This document shows, one piece after another, positions 1 through 11,841 of a stretch of 64,000 nucleotides of DNA. The translations under genes were made by a program, and so were the position numbers. The stretch's first letter is position 1. Every line of letters starts with the position of its first letter. Under the pieces are notes generated by a model, which ran no database searches, was not told where the DNA came from, and saw nothing but the letters and a program-made list of their open reading frames with translations. The DNA is from Paraspadella gotoi. Its lineage: Eukaryota > Animalia > Chaetognatha. The DNA lies in the NCBI GenBank assembly GCA_051294375.1, contig CM119267.1:18881439-18945438 (forward strand), written 5' to 3'.

Positions 1-269
1 TATGAACTAAATCAAAAGCGGATAATCACATTGAGAAAGAATACGCAGTATATTAGTAGTTAACAAGATCCGGCGGAAATAACGAGATTCTTTAAAAGAG
101 AACAGAGGAGAGATTAATAAACCAAAGTGGTCTCAAATTTTGGCTAGATAATATAGGAGCCCGGGACCTGGCTTGGATAATAGAAAATGTTCTCTCAATG
201 GATCATAGATAGAGAGCTGTCTCTAAGTCAGGCGTTAACGCGATAGCTATCTAATATGATACATTGGAG

Positions 270-700
270 AAACCATAATCGTTTTACAAAATTCTTTGGC
301 TTATTCGAACTGTTTTGTATAGATTTCACTGATAGGCCGTTATAAAAGTTAGGATAAATGGTATTAATACTGAGACCAATTTTCTGATGATTGTGTTTAT
401 TAAGTGTGCAAAAATTTAAAAAAAAATACGAATTATCAGCCAATAATGGATAGATGATGATAAAAAATTTTGAGTGGAGAGCAGATTTGTAATTACTATT
501 TTTGACACGCAATTTATTAGTCAAAAATTGAAAAAATTATAGTACTAACTTTCATTTAAACTTGTTTTAGAGCTCTGACAGAAGACCAGCGTTCTATAAA
601 AAGTCAGAATTCTTAAATTTTTCTTCTTGTCACTTTGCATCTATACTTATCTCGAAAAGTACAAGTATGGCTAAAAGAGCTGTACAGTGCAACATACCCA
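270..700 (-). mobile_element. Decayed 3' end of a non-LTR retrotransposon ORF2 (CR1/L2-like)
   Basis: The minus-strand peptide 'QKIGLSINTIYPNFYNGLSVKSIQNSSNKPKNFVKRLWFL' resembles the ORF2 C-terminal pattern SIxxxGPxLWNxLPxxIxxSxSxxxFKxxL. An upstream stretch (around 620-640) resembles 'LQKKxLRI' but is frameshifted. Motif resemblance only. Confidence 0.35.
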
Positions 701-1711
701 ATGAACGAACTAAGTATCAAAATGATATTCTACATTGAAACGATCGATTTTCACGTAGTACATAGGGCAAAAAAGGAATATTGTTTGAGAGAGAACTAGA
801 ACAAAAGTGCTCAATATTTTGGCCCGCCGTATACTAGACTATGAAGTTGCAAATAGTTGATCTAAACAAAATGTTATCGGAGACTAATTATGTTAAGGCA
901 GGATCACTTTATATGTATTTCTGAGTAGATTATTCTTAAAATTATTTTCTAGATTCAACGGCATGAGTAACAAATAACTTGTATAAGGTTCGCCTAATTT
1001 TTTATTTCGACTCACTCTGCCATATCTTGTGCTTTCTCTCTGCCTCTCGGTCGCCTGTCCTCTCTCTCTCTCATGCTCTCTCTGCTCTCTTCTCCATCTC
1101 TCGCTGCCTCTGCCTCTGCTCTCTTCTTTGGCAATTGACCGCAACGCTAAGAGACGAACGTGCTGTCAGTGCCTCAGATAATGCTCTCCTCTCTCCTCTC
1201 TCTCTCTTCTCTCCTCTTTGCAATGCGACGAAAATCCTATGCTCATTTTTCTTGCTTCTCTTTCTCTCTCTATTTCTGACAAGTGTAAATGGCTCAACTC
1301 TTTTTGAGCGATGATTTAAACTCATTTCCACTGGCACAATCCGTCAAAACTTTATATCTTCGCTTACGTTCACTCACGTAGAACGAGCACGCTGTTCCAC
1401 TAACACGCTCACGGATTTGAAATTTCATCTTCAATCTATAATGGGTTGCAAAATAGAGTACAAAAAGTAATTCAAGTAAAGTTGATGACTCACTTGATTT
1501 TTTTCATCTTAACACTCATTCCACTCGTACTCGTACTGTCGCGTCACGCCGAAACTTTATATTATCATGTAGCATCTGTACCCTAGCTACCTAAGATTAA
1601 TTATTTACTTGAATTATATTAAGGAACCAACTCTTATTTAATCATCTTAGTTATTAAGTAATATAACTTTTACAAAATCTCTCAATTTAAATATTATAAT
1701 TATAAATACAA

Positions 1712-1790
1712 TGTCAACAATCGGGAATCGAACCCGCGACTTAACGAACTACGAGCACCGCCTTCATCGGCACTGTTTTCGGAAACATCC
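1712..1790 (-). repeat. tRNA-derived SINE head or tRNA pseudogene fragment
   Basis: The minus strand contains a T-arm/B-box 'gtcgcgggttcgattcccg'. The A-box is degenerate and no complete cloverleaf is evident. Confidence 0.4.
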
Positions 1791-2324
1791 ACAAACTCGG
1801 ATTAATATGGGACTAGGGATAAATGCGAACATATCAAGCATCGTTACACATTTTTTCTAACACCACACAAAAAATTTTGAACTCAATCTATACCATCCAT
1901 TATGATTAATTAGAGTACTTTATTGGTTAAAATAATTAAAAATAATTTAGTAAATGCGACTTATGTTTTTTTCTTCTTAAACTCACACGTTCCGTCGAAA
2001 CTTTATATCCAGCTTTATCACACACTTTCCTACCCACACACAAAATTTCTTTCCAATCCAACCAGCCAATCACGAGTTTAAATTGGAGCTTTTTGCTAAA
2101 GGTGGGACTGATTAAATTAATTTGATTTATTAATACATCCTGCAATATACATTTATATAAAAGGAAAAAGAATCATAATCAATTAGTGAAACAGGTTTTT
2201 TTTTTTCTTTAAACTCATTTCCACTCAAAAGATCCATCGAAACTTGGTTTCCTGTTCAATCACAAACTTTCTACTCACATACAAAATTCCAGGTCAATCC
2301 GATAATAAGTGGGTAATACTACTT

Positions 2325-2710
2325 TGTTCAACTTGCATAATTTAATCAACGTTGCATAATTTTGTCAAATGACATAATTTTGGGATTAACTGACATAAAT
2401 TTTGGTCTACTGACATAATTGGTCAACTGACATAATTTATCAATTAAGATAATTTGGTCAACAGGCATAAATTGGTCAACTGGCATATATTTTATCAACT
2501 GCCTAATTGGGCAATCTAGCATAAAATGATCACTGGCATAATTTTGGTCATACTGCATGATTTTGGTCACAGGCATAATTTGGTCAACTAGCATAATTTG
2601 GTCAAATTGCAGAACTTGATCAACTTGCAGAATTTGTCAACTGGCATAATTTGTCAACTTTAAGAAATTTGGTCAACTGCATATTTTTGTCAATTGGCAT
2701 AATTTGGTCA
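2325..2710. repeat. Minisatellite of about 18-20 bp (ggcataatttggtcaact)
   Basis: Many degenerate tandem copies are directly visible, followed by (TCAA)n at 2708-2773. Confidence 0.9.
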
Positions 2711-3829
2711 ATCAATCAATCAATCAATCAATCAATTCAATCATCAATCAATCAATCAATACAATCAATCAATCAGGAGAGAGTAGAGAGGAGAAACTTA
2801 AAAAATTCAAATATAATGTTCTTTGGTTTTTCTAAATTTGAAGCTCTTTTCCACTCCTACGATTCCATCAAAAAATTATATCCAGCTTTATCACATACTT
2901 TCGCTAACCCAACACAAAATCCATTCGAATTATCTAATCCAATTTTAATAAACAAAATATATTATGAGTAAATTTAAGTAAAAATACTTCAGTAAATATG
3001 ACTTTTGTTTTTTCCATTTTAACGTCATTTCACTCGCACAATTCCATCGAAACTTTTTTATATCCCAGCTTAATCACACACTTCCTACCATCATATCAAA
3101 ATTTCAAGTCAATTGCCCTATCCACCTCAAGCAATTGCGTTCAAATAGTGAAATATATTTTTTTGTTTTTTTCCAATTTAAACCAATTTCCACTAGCACG
3201 ATTCCCTCGAAACTTCAATATCCATCTCAAATCAACAGTTTCCTACCCACACAACAAATTTCAATACCAATCCATCGCATACAATCACAGTAATTGGAGT
3301 TTTTTTGCTAAGGTGGGACGACGACGGACGGACGGACGGACCGGACGGACGGACACAGACAGAAACGACGGACGGACATCGTTTTTTTTGGCATAATTTA
3401 TCATAATTACGATGTTCTGCATGAGTAATATAGTGTTGCCCGACAATATTTGAGGGGGCGACCGACGGACCTGAAAAGTGAGTTATAGAGTCGGGAATTG
3501 CTGATGCAGATCCGACTAAAACCATCTAATTGGTCCCTATGAAAAAAATAACAAATGGGTTTTGGGGTTTAAAACCCGGTTTTTTTTTTGAAAAACAATT
3601 AATTTGGTAAAAAATAGAAAAAAAAATAAAATCCATCCATCTTAATGCATAAAACGATTCCAAATAATTATGAAACTTATTCCAGTTATCCAGGGCTTAT
3701 CAAATGAATATGATCCTGAGTACTTCGCAATGTTGTACCCGATGTAACATTACAGGTAACGGTGTTACACTGTTACACTGTTACAGTTTTCTCAGTCGTT
3801 AAATAACTGTTCGTTGAACTTGAACCAAC

Positions 3830-4040
3830 CTGGAGTCGACCGATGGAGACCATGCAGCAATGGAGGTTCGATGATTTGTCGGAGTCGTCGAGTCGACTGC
3901 CATCGCTTCCGGAATCCCATCTGAATCCCTGTGGGAGGCCAGTTCTTGATGTACCCTGTGCAGTGGACCACCGCGTAGTTTCCGCCGTCCTGAGAGGGAC
4001 CAGCACGTTGCGCGGGTGTTGGCGTTGCACGCGCTGATTC
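3830..4040 (-). pseudogene. Inverted, frameshifted copy of the ARNT exon at 4832-5045 (probable assembly artefact)
   Basis: Reverse complement of the exon with several indels. It still encodes 'SSNLHCCMVSIGRLQ' followed by the same intron start. Confidence 0.75.
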
Positions 4041-4831
4041 CTGGGCGTCCCAGAAGGGGAGACAAAATACGTAAGTTAATGGAGTAAAGTGTTTCCTTAT
4101 TTTGCAAAGCTAATAATATTTAATACTTTAGATCTTTTATCGTAGTTTTCATCTCTTTTCGTTGTCGTTTGGTATGAGAAAAAATTTTTGCTCTTTCATC
4201 AAGCTGAATATTGAAAAGCGACGCTACTCCAGAAAAATGTACGCAAAGTAATACAATTATTAACTGAAAATTACAGATTTATCGTTGTGATCTAGTCCAA
4301 CGTAATACAACCATTACTATTATTATAAATTGTGAAAACCCGAGGTGAAATAAAGCGAGAGGAGTAACAAAGTAACAAAGAGTAACGAACATCCCCATCT
4401 CCAATCAAAATCACTACAATTCCACAAACTTACGTTTGGGACTAGATCACAACGATAAATCTGTAATTTTCAGTTAATAATTGTATTACTTTGCGTACAT
4501 TTTTCTGGAGTAGCGTCGCTTTTCAATATTCAGCTTGATGAAGAGCAAAAATTTTTTCNNNNNNNNNNATCTGTAATTTCCAGTTAATAATTGTTTTACT
4601 TTGCGTACATTTTTCTGGAGTAGCGTCGCTTTTCAAATTCAGTTTGATGAAGATAAAAAAATGTGCCAAAAAATGTGAGCAAAAATTTTTTCTCATACCA
4701 AACGACAACGAAAAGAGAGGAAAACTACCGATAAAAGATCTAAACGTATGAAATATTATTAAATTTCAAAATAAGGAAACACTTTACTCCATTAACTTAC
4801 GTATTTTGTCTCCCCCTTCTGGGACGCCCAG

Positions 4832-5045
4832 GAATCAGCGCGTGCAACGCCAACACCCGCGCAACGTGCTGGGTCCCTCTCAGGACGGCGGAAACTACGC
4901 GGTGGTCCACTGCACAGGGTACATCAAGAACTGGCCTCCCACAGGGATTCAGATGGGGATTCCGGAAGCGATGGCAGTCGACTCGGACGACTCCGACAAA
5001 TCATCGAACCTCCATTGCTGCATGGTCTCCATCGGTCGACTCCAG
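4832..5045 (+). CDS. ARNT: ARNT/tango exon: end of PAS-A
   Basis: Encodes 'YAVVHCTGYIKNWPPTG...CCMVSIGRLQ', matching ARNT 'VVVHCTGYIKAWPPAG...CLVAIGRLQ'. Acceptor ccag at 4831; donor cag|gttggt at 5046. Confidence 0.93.
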
Positions 5046-6063
5046 GTTGGTTCAAGTTCAACGAACAGTTATTTAACGACTGAGAAAACTGTAACAGTGT
5101 AACAGTGTAACACCGTTACCTGTAATTGTTACATCGGGTACAACATTTGCGAAGTACTCAGGATCATATATCATTTGATAAGCCCTGGGATAACTGGAAT
5201 AAGTTTCATAATTATTTGGAATCGTTTTATGCATTAAGATGGATGGACTTTTATTTTTTATTTCTTATTTTTTACCAAAAATATAATGTTTTCAAACAGT
5301 ACACAATGTATCATAGACAATAGATGGTTTTTTTTTAACGATTGATGGCATTTCTTTTTTAAATTTTTTTATTATATAAAAACAGTATTGCCTAAATCAG
5401 ATTGAGGGTTTTTTTTAGGAAGGCTTGCAGTATGCGTTTTTTCCGTCAAATCTCGTCAGACGTTTTGTTCGCTGTTTAGTTTTAAAGCAAAATGTAATCG
5501 CGAGTCTGTTGTAAATTACAATAACTCAAGGATATATTTTGCTTGGGTAGTCAGTTTTCCTTGTAATAGAAATCAGTCGCTAAAGTTTATTTGGCTCTTC
5601 CGTAATATGTAAATTAGATTAAACGATAAAGTCATTTCTTTTTCGTCGGCTGTTATTTAGTTTGTATCATTTTCGTGCACGCATTTTGTATCGAAATATA
5701 TTATTTAATTTTTTATATTGTGCAATCGAAACATAGCTGCAATTCTTAGTTTTCACCGGACTAAAACAATTAAAGTTTTTTGCTCCTCGCGAATTTGATT
5801 ATTAGCTCCGACAAAGATGGCCGTATTTGATCCTCTGTCTGCCGGAAAAGATGCGTCGTCGCGCAATCGGACGAAAGATGGCGCTCGGTGGTTTTTCTTC
5901 CACTCGATCGTTTCCCTTTTGTTCTTCCGTTTTCTCTCTTTTTCTTTCGTTCCTCTATTTATTCTTATTTGATTCGTTAGTTTCCTTCTTTCCTCTTTTA
6001 TCGGTTTATTGCCTCTCGGTTGATTGAGCCCAAAAAAAAAAGAAGGGAAGAAGATATGGTCTG

Positions 6064-6111
<48 letters not shown>

Positions 6112-7193
6112 AAGAGAGAAGAGATGAGAGAGAGAGAGAGAGAGATGTGAAGATTCAACACGGGAGGGCCCGTTTTCAAAGCTAAACGAGAAGGAAAGGA
6201 AGAATTTAAGAGAAGAAAAAATCGAAAGAAAAAAGAAAAATAAAGCGAAATAAAAAAAGGGGGAAAAAGAGGAAGTTAAAAAAAGTAAGCACGTGATTCG
6301 ACTCGACAAAAAAAAAGGAAATCTTGTGAGAGCAAAGAAAGTAAGAGAGAGAGAGAGAGAGAGAGAGAGACCGTACAGAATTTTTTTTTTTAACGATTTA
6401 TGGGCGAAAGGCGGAGACGGGTGGGAAGTGTAGATTGAAAAGAGGAAGGGTGTGAAGCGATTAGGACGCGGGGGTGGGGGAGACCGACGACGACGAAGAC
6501 GACGACGACGACGACGACGGTATGGACGGACACGAAGCGAGCGAGGCCAAAGGGGACATGATTAATTACCTCCGGATCGAAAAGTTGTCCTCCGCACGTT
6601 TTCTTTCCCCGACTCGATACAGGGGGAAAGATAAGTCCTTCGATTCCCAATGAGCTTGATAAGAGGGTGGGGAAGAAAGAAGGTAAGGCGTACGAGACGA
6701 GAATGGGTCAGGTTGTTCACTTGTGAGCATTGAATACAAACTTTAATGAAGAGATTAAATATAAAACTTTGTATATTCTTTCTACGGAGAGATGGAGGAA
6801 GATTTTAGCCAGTTTAGCTTATCACATCTCAAACGATAAAAGAGGAGAAAGCCAATAAATAAAAAACAGCCAAGCGAGAAACCAAGATTAAATCCGAATC
6901 TTGTTTGCGTTTTAAAAATGTTGTTATTTATTATTATTTACTATAAAATTTGAGATTTTATGACCAAATTTCTATTTTTGTTGCACTGATTTCACAATTT
7001 GATTATTTTCTCGTCCGTCTGCTTCTTAGCCAATCTACATATATTTTGATATCTCTCATACTTCTGTCCGTTCGTCCGTCCAACTGTCTCTTCTTTTCTC
7101 AATCGTCGTACGAAAACCCAACCAACTCATCTTCTTTCCCCCTTCCTCCTCCTCTTCCCCCTCACCTTACTCTCCCCCTGACCCCCTCCAAAG

Positions 7194-7414
7194 GTGACAT
7201 CCTCCCCAATCTATCGGACTTCAACGCCGCCACCCCCCTCCGCCACCGCCTCCACCGAGTTCATCTCCCGCCACTCCCGGACGCCACCATCACCTTCATC
7301 GATCAAAGGGTCTCCGTGCTGCTCGGCTACGCTCCTCACGAGCTGCTGGGCAAGTCCGCCTACGACTTTTATCACCCCGAGGATCAGTCGCACATGAGGG
7401 ATACGTTCGATCAG
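7194..7414 (+). CDS. ARNT: ARNT/tango exon: PAS-B N-terminal half, with homopolymer frameshifts
   Basis: Reads VTSSP/NLSDFNAATP/SATASTEFISRHS/PDATITFIDQRVSVLLGYAPHELLGKSAYDFYHPEDQSHMRDTFDQ across two frames; three 1-nt indels in C runs restore a single frame. Acceptor aag at 7193; donor cag|gttttt at 7415. Confidence 0.9.
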
Positions 7415-8077
7415 GTTTTTTTTTTGTGGGGGGGCGGGGGGAACGGCGGGGAGAATAGAAAGGAGCGTTGGGGTTATTCTTAGAGTAGGGTAGTGGAAGA
7501 AGTTCTAGGTCGAGCGTGGTAGGCTACCACTGGTGGCATATCTCATCTCGGTATCAAAAGTTGATAAAGGAGGACAGACAGCTTGCGTGATAAAATATAT
7601 CGTTAGGTTAAAAATTACTTGTTTAATTATTTCAGGTATTTATATTTCTAAATATTTACCTATTTATTCCTTTTATTATTAATTTACGATTTTTTATTAT
7701 TTTTTATTGCATTCTGGAAATAAAGGCAGCTTGTAAACGTGAGGATGATTGTATGAAATTGGTACAACCATAAGCTATCTTGTTACTTTGGTAGGTTATC
7801 ATTCGACTTTGAAAGGATGAAAAGGTTTTCCGTTTTCCCTTTTCGCTCTATTCTTTGGCACCAGACGAAATATAAAAAAAGGCTGAGATATTTGATAGCG
7901 CGGCTTTTTTCATCGGCTTTTTTTTCTTCCTTCCTTCCGACTTCTCATCGGATTGAGCGCAATTGGAGACCCCTGCGCTCCCAGGCCAAAGCCTCTGCCA
8001 CGCAAGAAGGATTTTTTAATGAAAAAAAAAAAACGTATTGTTATTGGGTTTTTTCTCTCTGTCTGTTCTGTCTGAAT

Positions 8078-8172
<95 letters not shown>
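8078..8172. repeat. (CT)n microsatellite in an ARNT intron
   Basis: Directly visible. Confidence 0.95.
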
Positions 8173-8175
<3 letters not shown>

Positions 8176-8601
8176 TTCTTTTTTGTCTAGTTTCCTCCGA
8201 TATATATATATTTTTTTCAATTATATGAATGAATCGATATCCGATTTCGATGTTGAGTAAAACGGAAATCGAAATGGCATAAAAAAAAGGGAGCGAGTAG
8301 CGCGCCGGTTTCGCCGGCATGGCGCAGCTGGTCGACGCCGCCGATAAATTGAAAGGTCAGGAAGGCGGTGACGTTGTGCCGATATCGTTTCGCGTCTTCG
8401 TCAAGATTCGAGGGAAGAATTTCTGACGGAGATTCACTCGAAAAGTTTTGTGGGTAATTGGCCTAAGGAGTCGTGTATGTTGAGATTTTGTGGTTGTGGT
8501 TGTCTAACATTTTTTAATGACAGTTCTAAGATTTTCGGTATTTTCTAACTGTCTTCGCTCGGTATATTCTATATTCATAACGTAACAAGTAAAGAATGCA
8601 A

Positions 8602-8656
8602 AGGCTACGTTTCGGCGGAGGTTTTGGAACATTGGCTCACAACTTGCCTTCATCGT
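8602..8656 (-). ncRNA. Degenerate minimal hammerhead-like motif (Penelope-type remnant)
   Basis: Minus strand reads 'cGATGAAGGC...GCCGAAACGTAG'. The CU of the core and stem I are replaced by a (GAC)n repeat. Confidence 0.3.
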
Positions 8657-8874
8657 CGTCGTCGTCGTCGTCGTCGAAGTTGTCGTCTTCTTCATTTAAC
8701 AAAAGATTAAATTAAAGATGAATTGATTAATCAACGACACGATTCAAAAAGCCTTAGTCTAATTATTATATTTATCCGAGATTGCCTATTCAATATTCGT
8801 TTACCCCCCTTTTTTTCCACTTTCCCTTCCTCCCCATCAACCCCCCAAACCCATCCAACACTCCCACTCTCCAG

Positions 8875-9909
8875 GTGCTTAAATTAAAGGGTCAGCCGAT
8901 GTCGGTCATGTATCGCTTCCGGTCCAAATCGCGCGAGTGGGTGTGGCTCCGCACATCGTCCTTCGCCTTTCAAAATCCTTTCACCGAAGAGACGGAATAC
9001 ATCGTCTGCACCAACTCCTCCGCCAAAAACATCCAACAGGCGTCGTCGGCGACGCTCAATCTCGAACCGCCGCCGCCTCCTCCGCCGCCTCAGCAGCAAC
9101 AGCCCCAACAGCACGGCGACGCGGCGGCGTCTTATCGCGAGGCTGAACGCGACCACGCCGCCGCCAACGCGGTGTCCGAAGGCATGGATTACCACGCCAA
9201 CGACGGACACGCCGGACTTTACGGCGCCAACGACGCCGGAGTCGGAGGAGGCGCCGCGGAGGGATATCGCGGCGTCCTTCAACACACTTCGTCGGTTTCG
9301 TCGTCGGCGGCGTCGACTCCGTCGTCTTCGTCGGCGTCCAATTACGAATTCGCCAAATACGGGGCGGGAAGCGGCGCCGCCGGAGTTCCGGTTCCGGGAT
9401 CCGCCGCGGGTGGCGCTTTGGCGGCGTTGGTCCGCGGCAGAAGCGCCACCTCTGCCGCCGCGGCGCACAACGAGTCTTACGCTTACAACGCCACCGGGGA
9501 AGGGTTTAATCAGCACGCGGCCGCCGCGGCGGCTGCGGCGGCGGCGGCTGCGGCAGCCGCCGCGGGAGGTTTCGGACAAACTTCGCCGGTTGGCACTTCG
9601 GCCTCGTCGGCGTCGTACATTCAGGAAGTAGCCGCCGAGAGATTCGCCGTCGCCACTTCCGGCGGCGTCATCGCCACGGCGCCGAATTGGGCGCAGTGGG
9701 CGTCGGCGCCGACCGCCACCGGCGCTATCCCGGCGTCGGTAATCACCGCTCGGGCGCAGGACGGAGAACAACAGCAACATCAGCAGCAGCATCAGCAGCA
9801 TCATCAGCATCAGCAGCCGGAGGAATTCTCCGAAGTGTTGAGGATGCTGGAGCCGCAGGCGGAGTTTTCCGATTTGGGAGGGATGTTCAATTCGTTTCCA
9901 CCGGAGTGA
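8875..9909 (+). CDS. ARNT: ARNT/tango terminal exon: PAS-B/PAC end plus Q/A/S/G-rich C-terminal domain
   Basis: '[47 protein letters not shown]' matches the ARNT PAC region. The C-terminus '[29 protein letters not shown]' resembles the ARNT/Tango tail. Acceptor ccag at 8874. Confidence 0.95.
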   Translation: MLKLKGQPMSVMYRFRSKSREWVWLRTSSFAFQNPFTEETEYIVCTNSSAKNIQQASSATLNLEPPPPPPPPQQQQPQQHGDAAASYREAERDHAAANAVSEGMDYHANDGHAGLYGANDAGVGGGAAEGYRGVLQHTSSVSSSAASTPSSSSASNYEFAKYGAGSGAAGVPVPGSAAGGALAALVRGRSATSAAAAHNESYAYNATGEGFNQHAAAAAAAAAAAAAAAAGGFGQTSPVGTSASSASYIQEVAAERFAVATSGGVIATAPNWAQWASAPTATGAIPASVITARAQDGEQQQHQQQHQQHHQHQQPEEFSEVLRMLEPQAEFSDLGGMFNSFPPE

Positions 9910-10010
9910 GCGAACTGTTCGTATTTTAACAGGAGTGACTGAAGAAAAGATAGAGAAAACAGCCAAGCTACGATTTGATTTACGTATTCCATAATACATA
10001 TTACATTGAA

Positions 10011-10016
10011 AATAAA
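10011..10016 (+). terminator. Candidate polyadenylation signal of ARNT
   Basis: AATAAA about 100 nt after the stop codon, followed by GT/T-rich sequence. Confidence 0.45.
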
Positions 10017-10565
10017 TATTCCATGTTGATTTGGGTTTGATGGAATTAAAATTTGGATGATCGTGCATGTTTTAATGTTCTTCAACTTGCGGTCCTTATC
10101 AATGTAACATCATAAACTGGTTATTTTAAAAGGCATTTTTTTAGTGGGCGACTTGAAATTATTAACAAGAATTTTTTTAAATCAAATTGGTTCTGTTCTT
10201 TTCTCCGATTTAAACGATTGTCCTTAATTTTTTAGGAAACATTAATGGAAACATACTAATATCATATTTTTTTGTCACCCTGAGCTCATTTATATGATAA
10301 TGTTATATCATTTCAATCTTGTAGTTTACATAACGCATCGAAGAAAACCCTGTACGCTCATCGAATCGTACTTCTTACGATAAACATAATGTATCTACCT
10401 ATTGTTCTTTTCTTTATTGCTTGCCACTTGTTAAAATCATACATATCATTAAAACGTAACGTGCTTGAAATATTATCCAATGATAAAGAAACTACGGTAA
10501 CTCATTTCTTTATTTTTTCATTACTTTCTCTCTTTATTTCTTTTTTATTTATTTCTTTATTTTTT

Positions 10566-10599
10566 TCCTTCCTTCCTTCCTTCCTTCCTTCCTTCCTTC

Positions 10600-10677
<78 letters not shown>
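10566..10677. repeat. (TTCC)n/(TTTC)n microsatellite
   Basis: Directly visible. Confidence 0.95.
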
Positions 10678-11723
10678 ATCCAACTTTGACTCGTTCTCCT
10701 TCCCCCTTCATTTATTTTTTTCTTTGTTAAAAGCCAGCCTTCCCCCCACAGAAATTTCAGAAGCAATATGAGGACTTTGTAATTTCCGTGTACGACGACG
10801 ACGACAACGACGACGGCAATACCGACGACAAAGACGTGAGAGCGGACGACGACGACAACAACGACGGCGACATTGACGACGTCGACGTGAATTGAATTTG
10901 AATGAAATTATCGTCTTCTTTTAAAAGGAGGGGCGAAACCAGGAAAGCCACAAAAGAATTTCATTTCTCTCTCTTTCCTCTTTTTTTTGTTAGGGGGCAG
11001 TTTTTTTTTTTCGTTTCTTTTTTTTTTGCATTCTGATGATGTCAACACAAAATTTATTAACTTGAAACGCCGTCACTTTAAATTGTTTGTGTCTTTTTAA
11101 TTTTGCGTTTCATTGAGTCGCACAATTTTTTTTTACAGTGCGTCTTTCATTCGTAACAAGCCGTTATTACAGAAGCATCCCTTTTTTTATATTACGTTAA
11201 AAAAATTATAACAACTAACTAACTTATTTCTTGACAAAAAATGTGTCTCATTCGTGCTTTTTTTTTTCTTCAGGTTTTTTTGCGGTAAGAAATTTTAAAA
11301 CGCAGCCCGTTTGAAAGAAATAGTAGAGAGAAAAAAAAAACATTTTAACATCGTAGTTTTTCAAAGCTTTTTTTGCCCTCGCGAGACGTGGTCATGCGTG
11401 GCCAAGTGTGGCCACTAACCAGGCGTGGCCACTGGCCAGGCGCCTGGAAAATAAAACGAATAATGCGTACTCATTTCTCAGATGCGTCGCTGGTTGTCGC
11501 AGGTCGTTGCACTTTGTCACGCTGCTACCCGGTCACGGTGCACGATTCCCCGCCACAAAAACGAGGACGCGTGACGCCGTGACGCTTAACATAAGTTCGT
11601 TTAACAGGTTCCCGCCTCTCCAGCGCCCTCTATCGCCACAAAAGAAAAACGCGAAAACTCGTGCTCCAAGTAGGAAACGCAATAAACCGAAGAAAACGAC
11701 TGCTTTTCGCTCGATAAAAATCC

Positions 11724-11760
<37 letters not shown>

Positions 11761-11803
11761 GTTGCTGGAATGGATAGGACTTGGATGGACTGACGTGGGG
11801 AGG

Positions 11804-11841
<38 letters not shown>

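Larger units (their letters stand above)
1318..3521 (+). mobile_element. Non-autonomous DINE-1/HINE (Helentron-associated)-like element with internal repeats
   Basis: About 7 diverged copies of the module 'aaactcatttccact..atccatcgaaacttta tatccagc..tcacacacttcctacccacac..aaatttc' (near 1318, 1510, 1980, 2210, 2845, 3020, 3180). These are followed by a (GGAC)n microsatellite at 3316-3378 and a terminal 'ttatag AGTCGG..CCGACT aaaa' hairpin (3489-3517). The 5' boundary is uncertain. Confidence 0.5.
3518..5331. repeat. Large inverted duplication (foldback) around an N gap
   Basis: 3518-4305 is the reverse complement of 4430-4557 plus 4569-5331, with a spacer of about 125 bp and an N gap at 4559-4568. 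Confidence 0.9.

Noticed and set aside
5812-5890. YY1-like AAGATGGC motifs in an ARNT intron
   Set aside because: Short motifs with no supporting evidence of a promoter.
8884-10068. 394-aa antisense ORF over the ARNT terminal exon
   Set aside because: It is the shadow of a GC-rich coding exon: Arg/Leu-rich low complexity with no domain.
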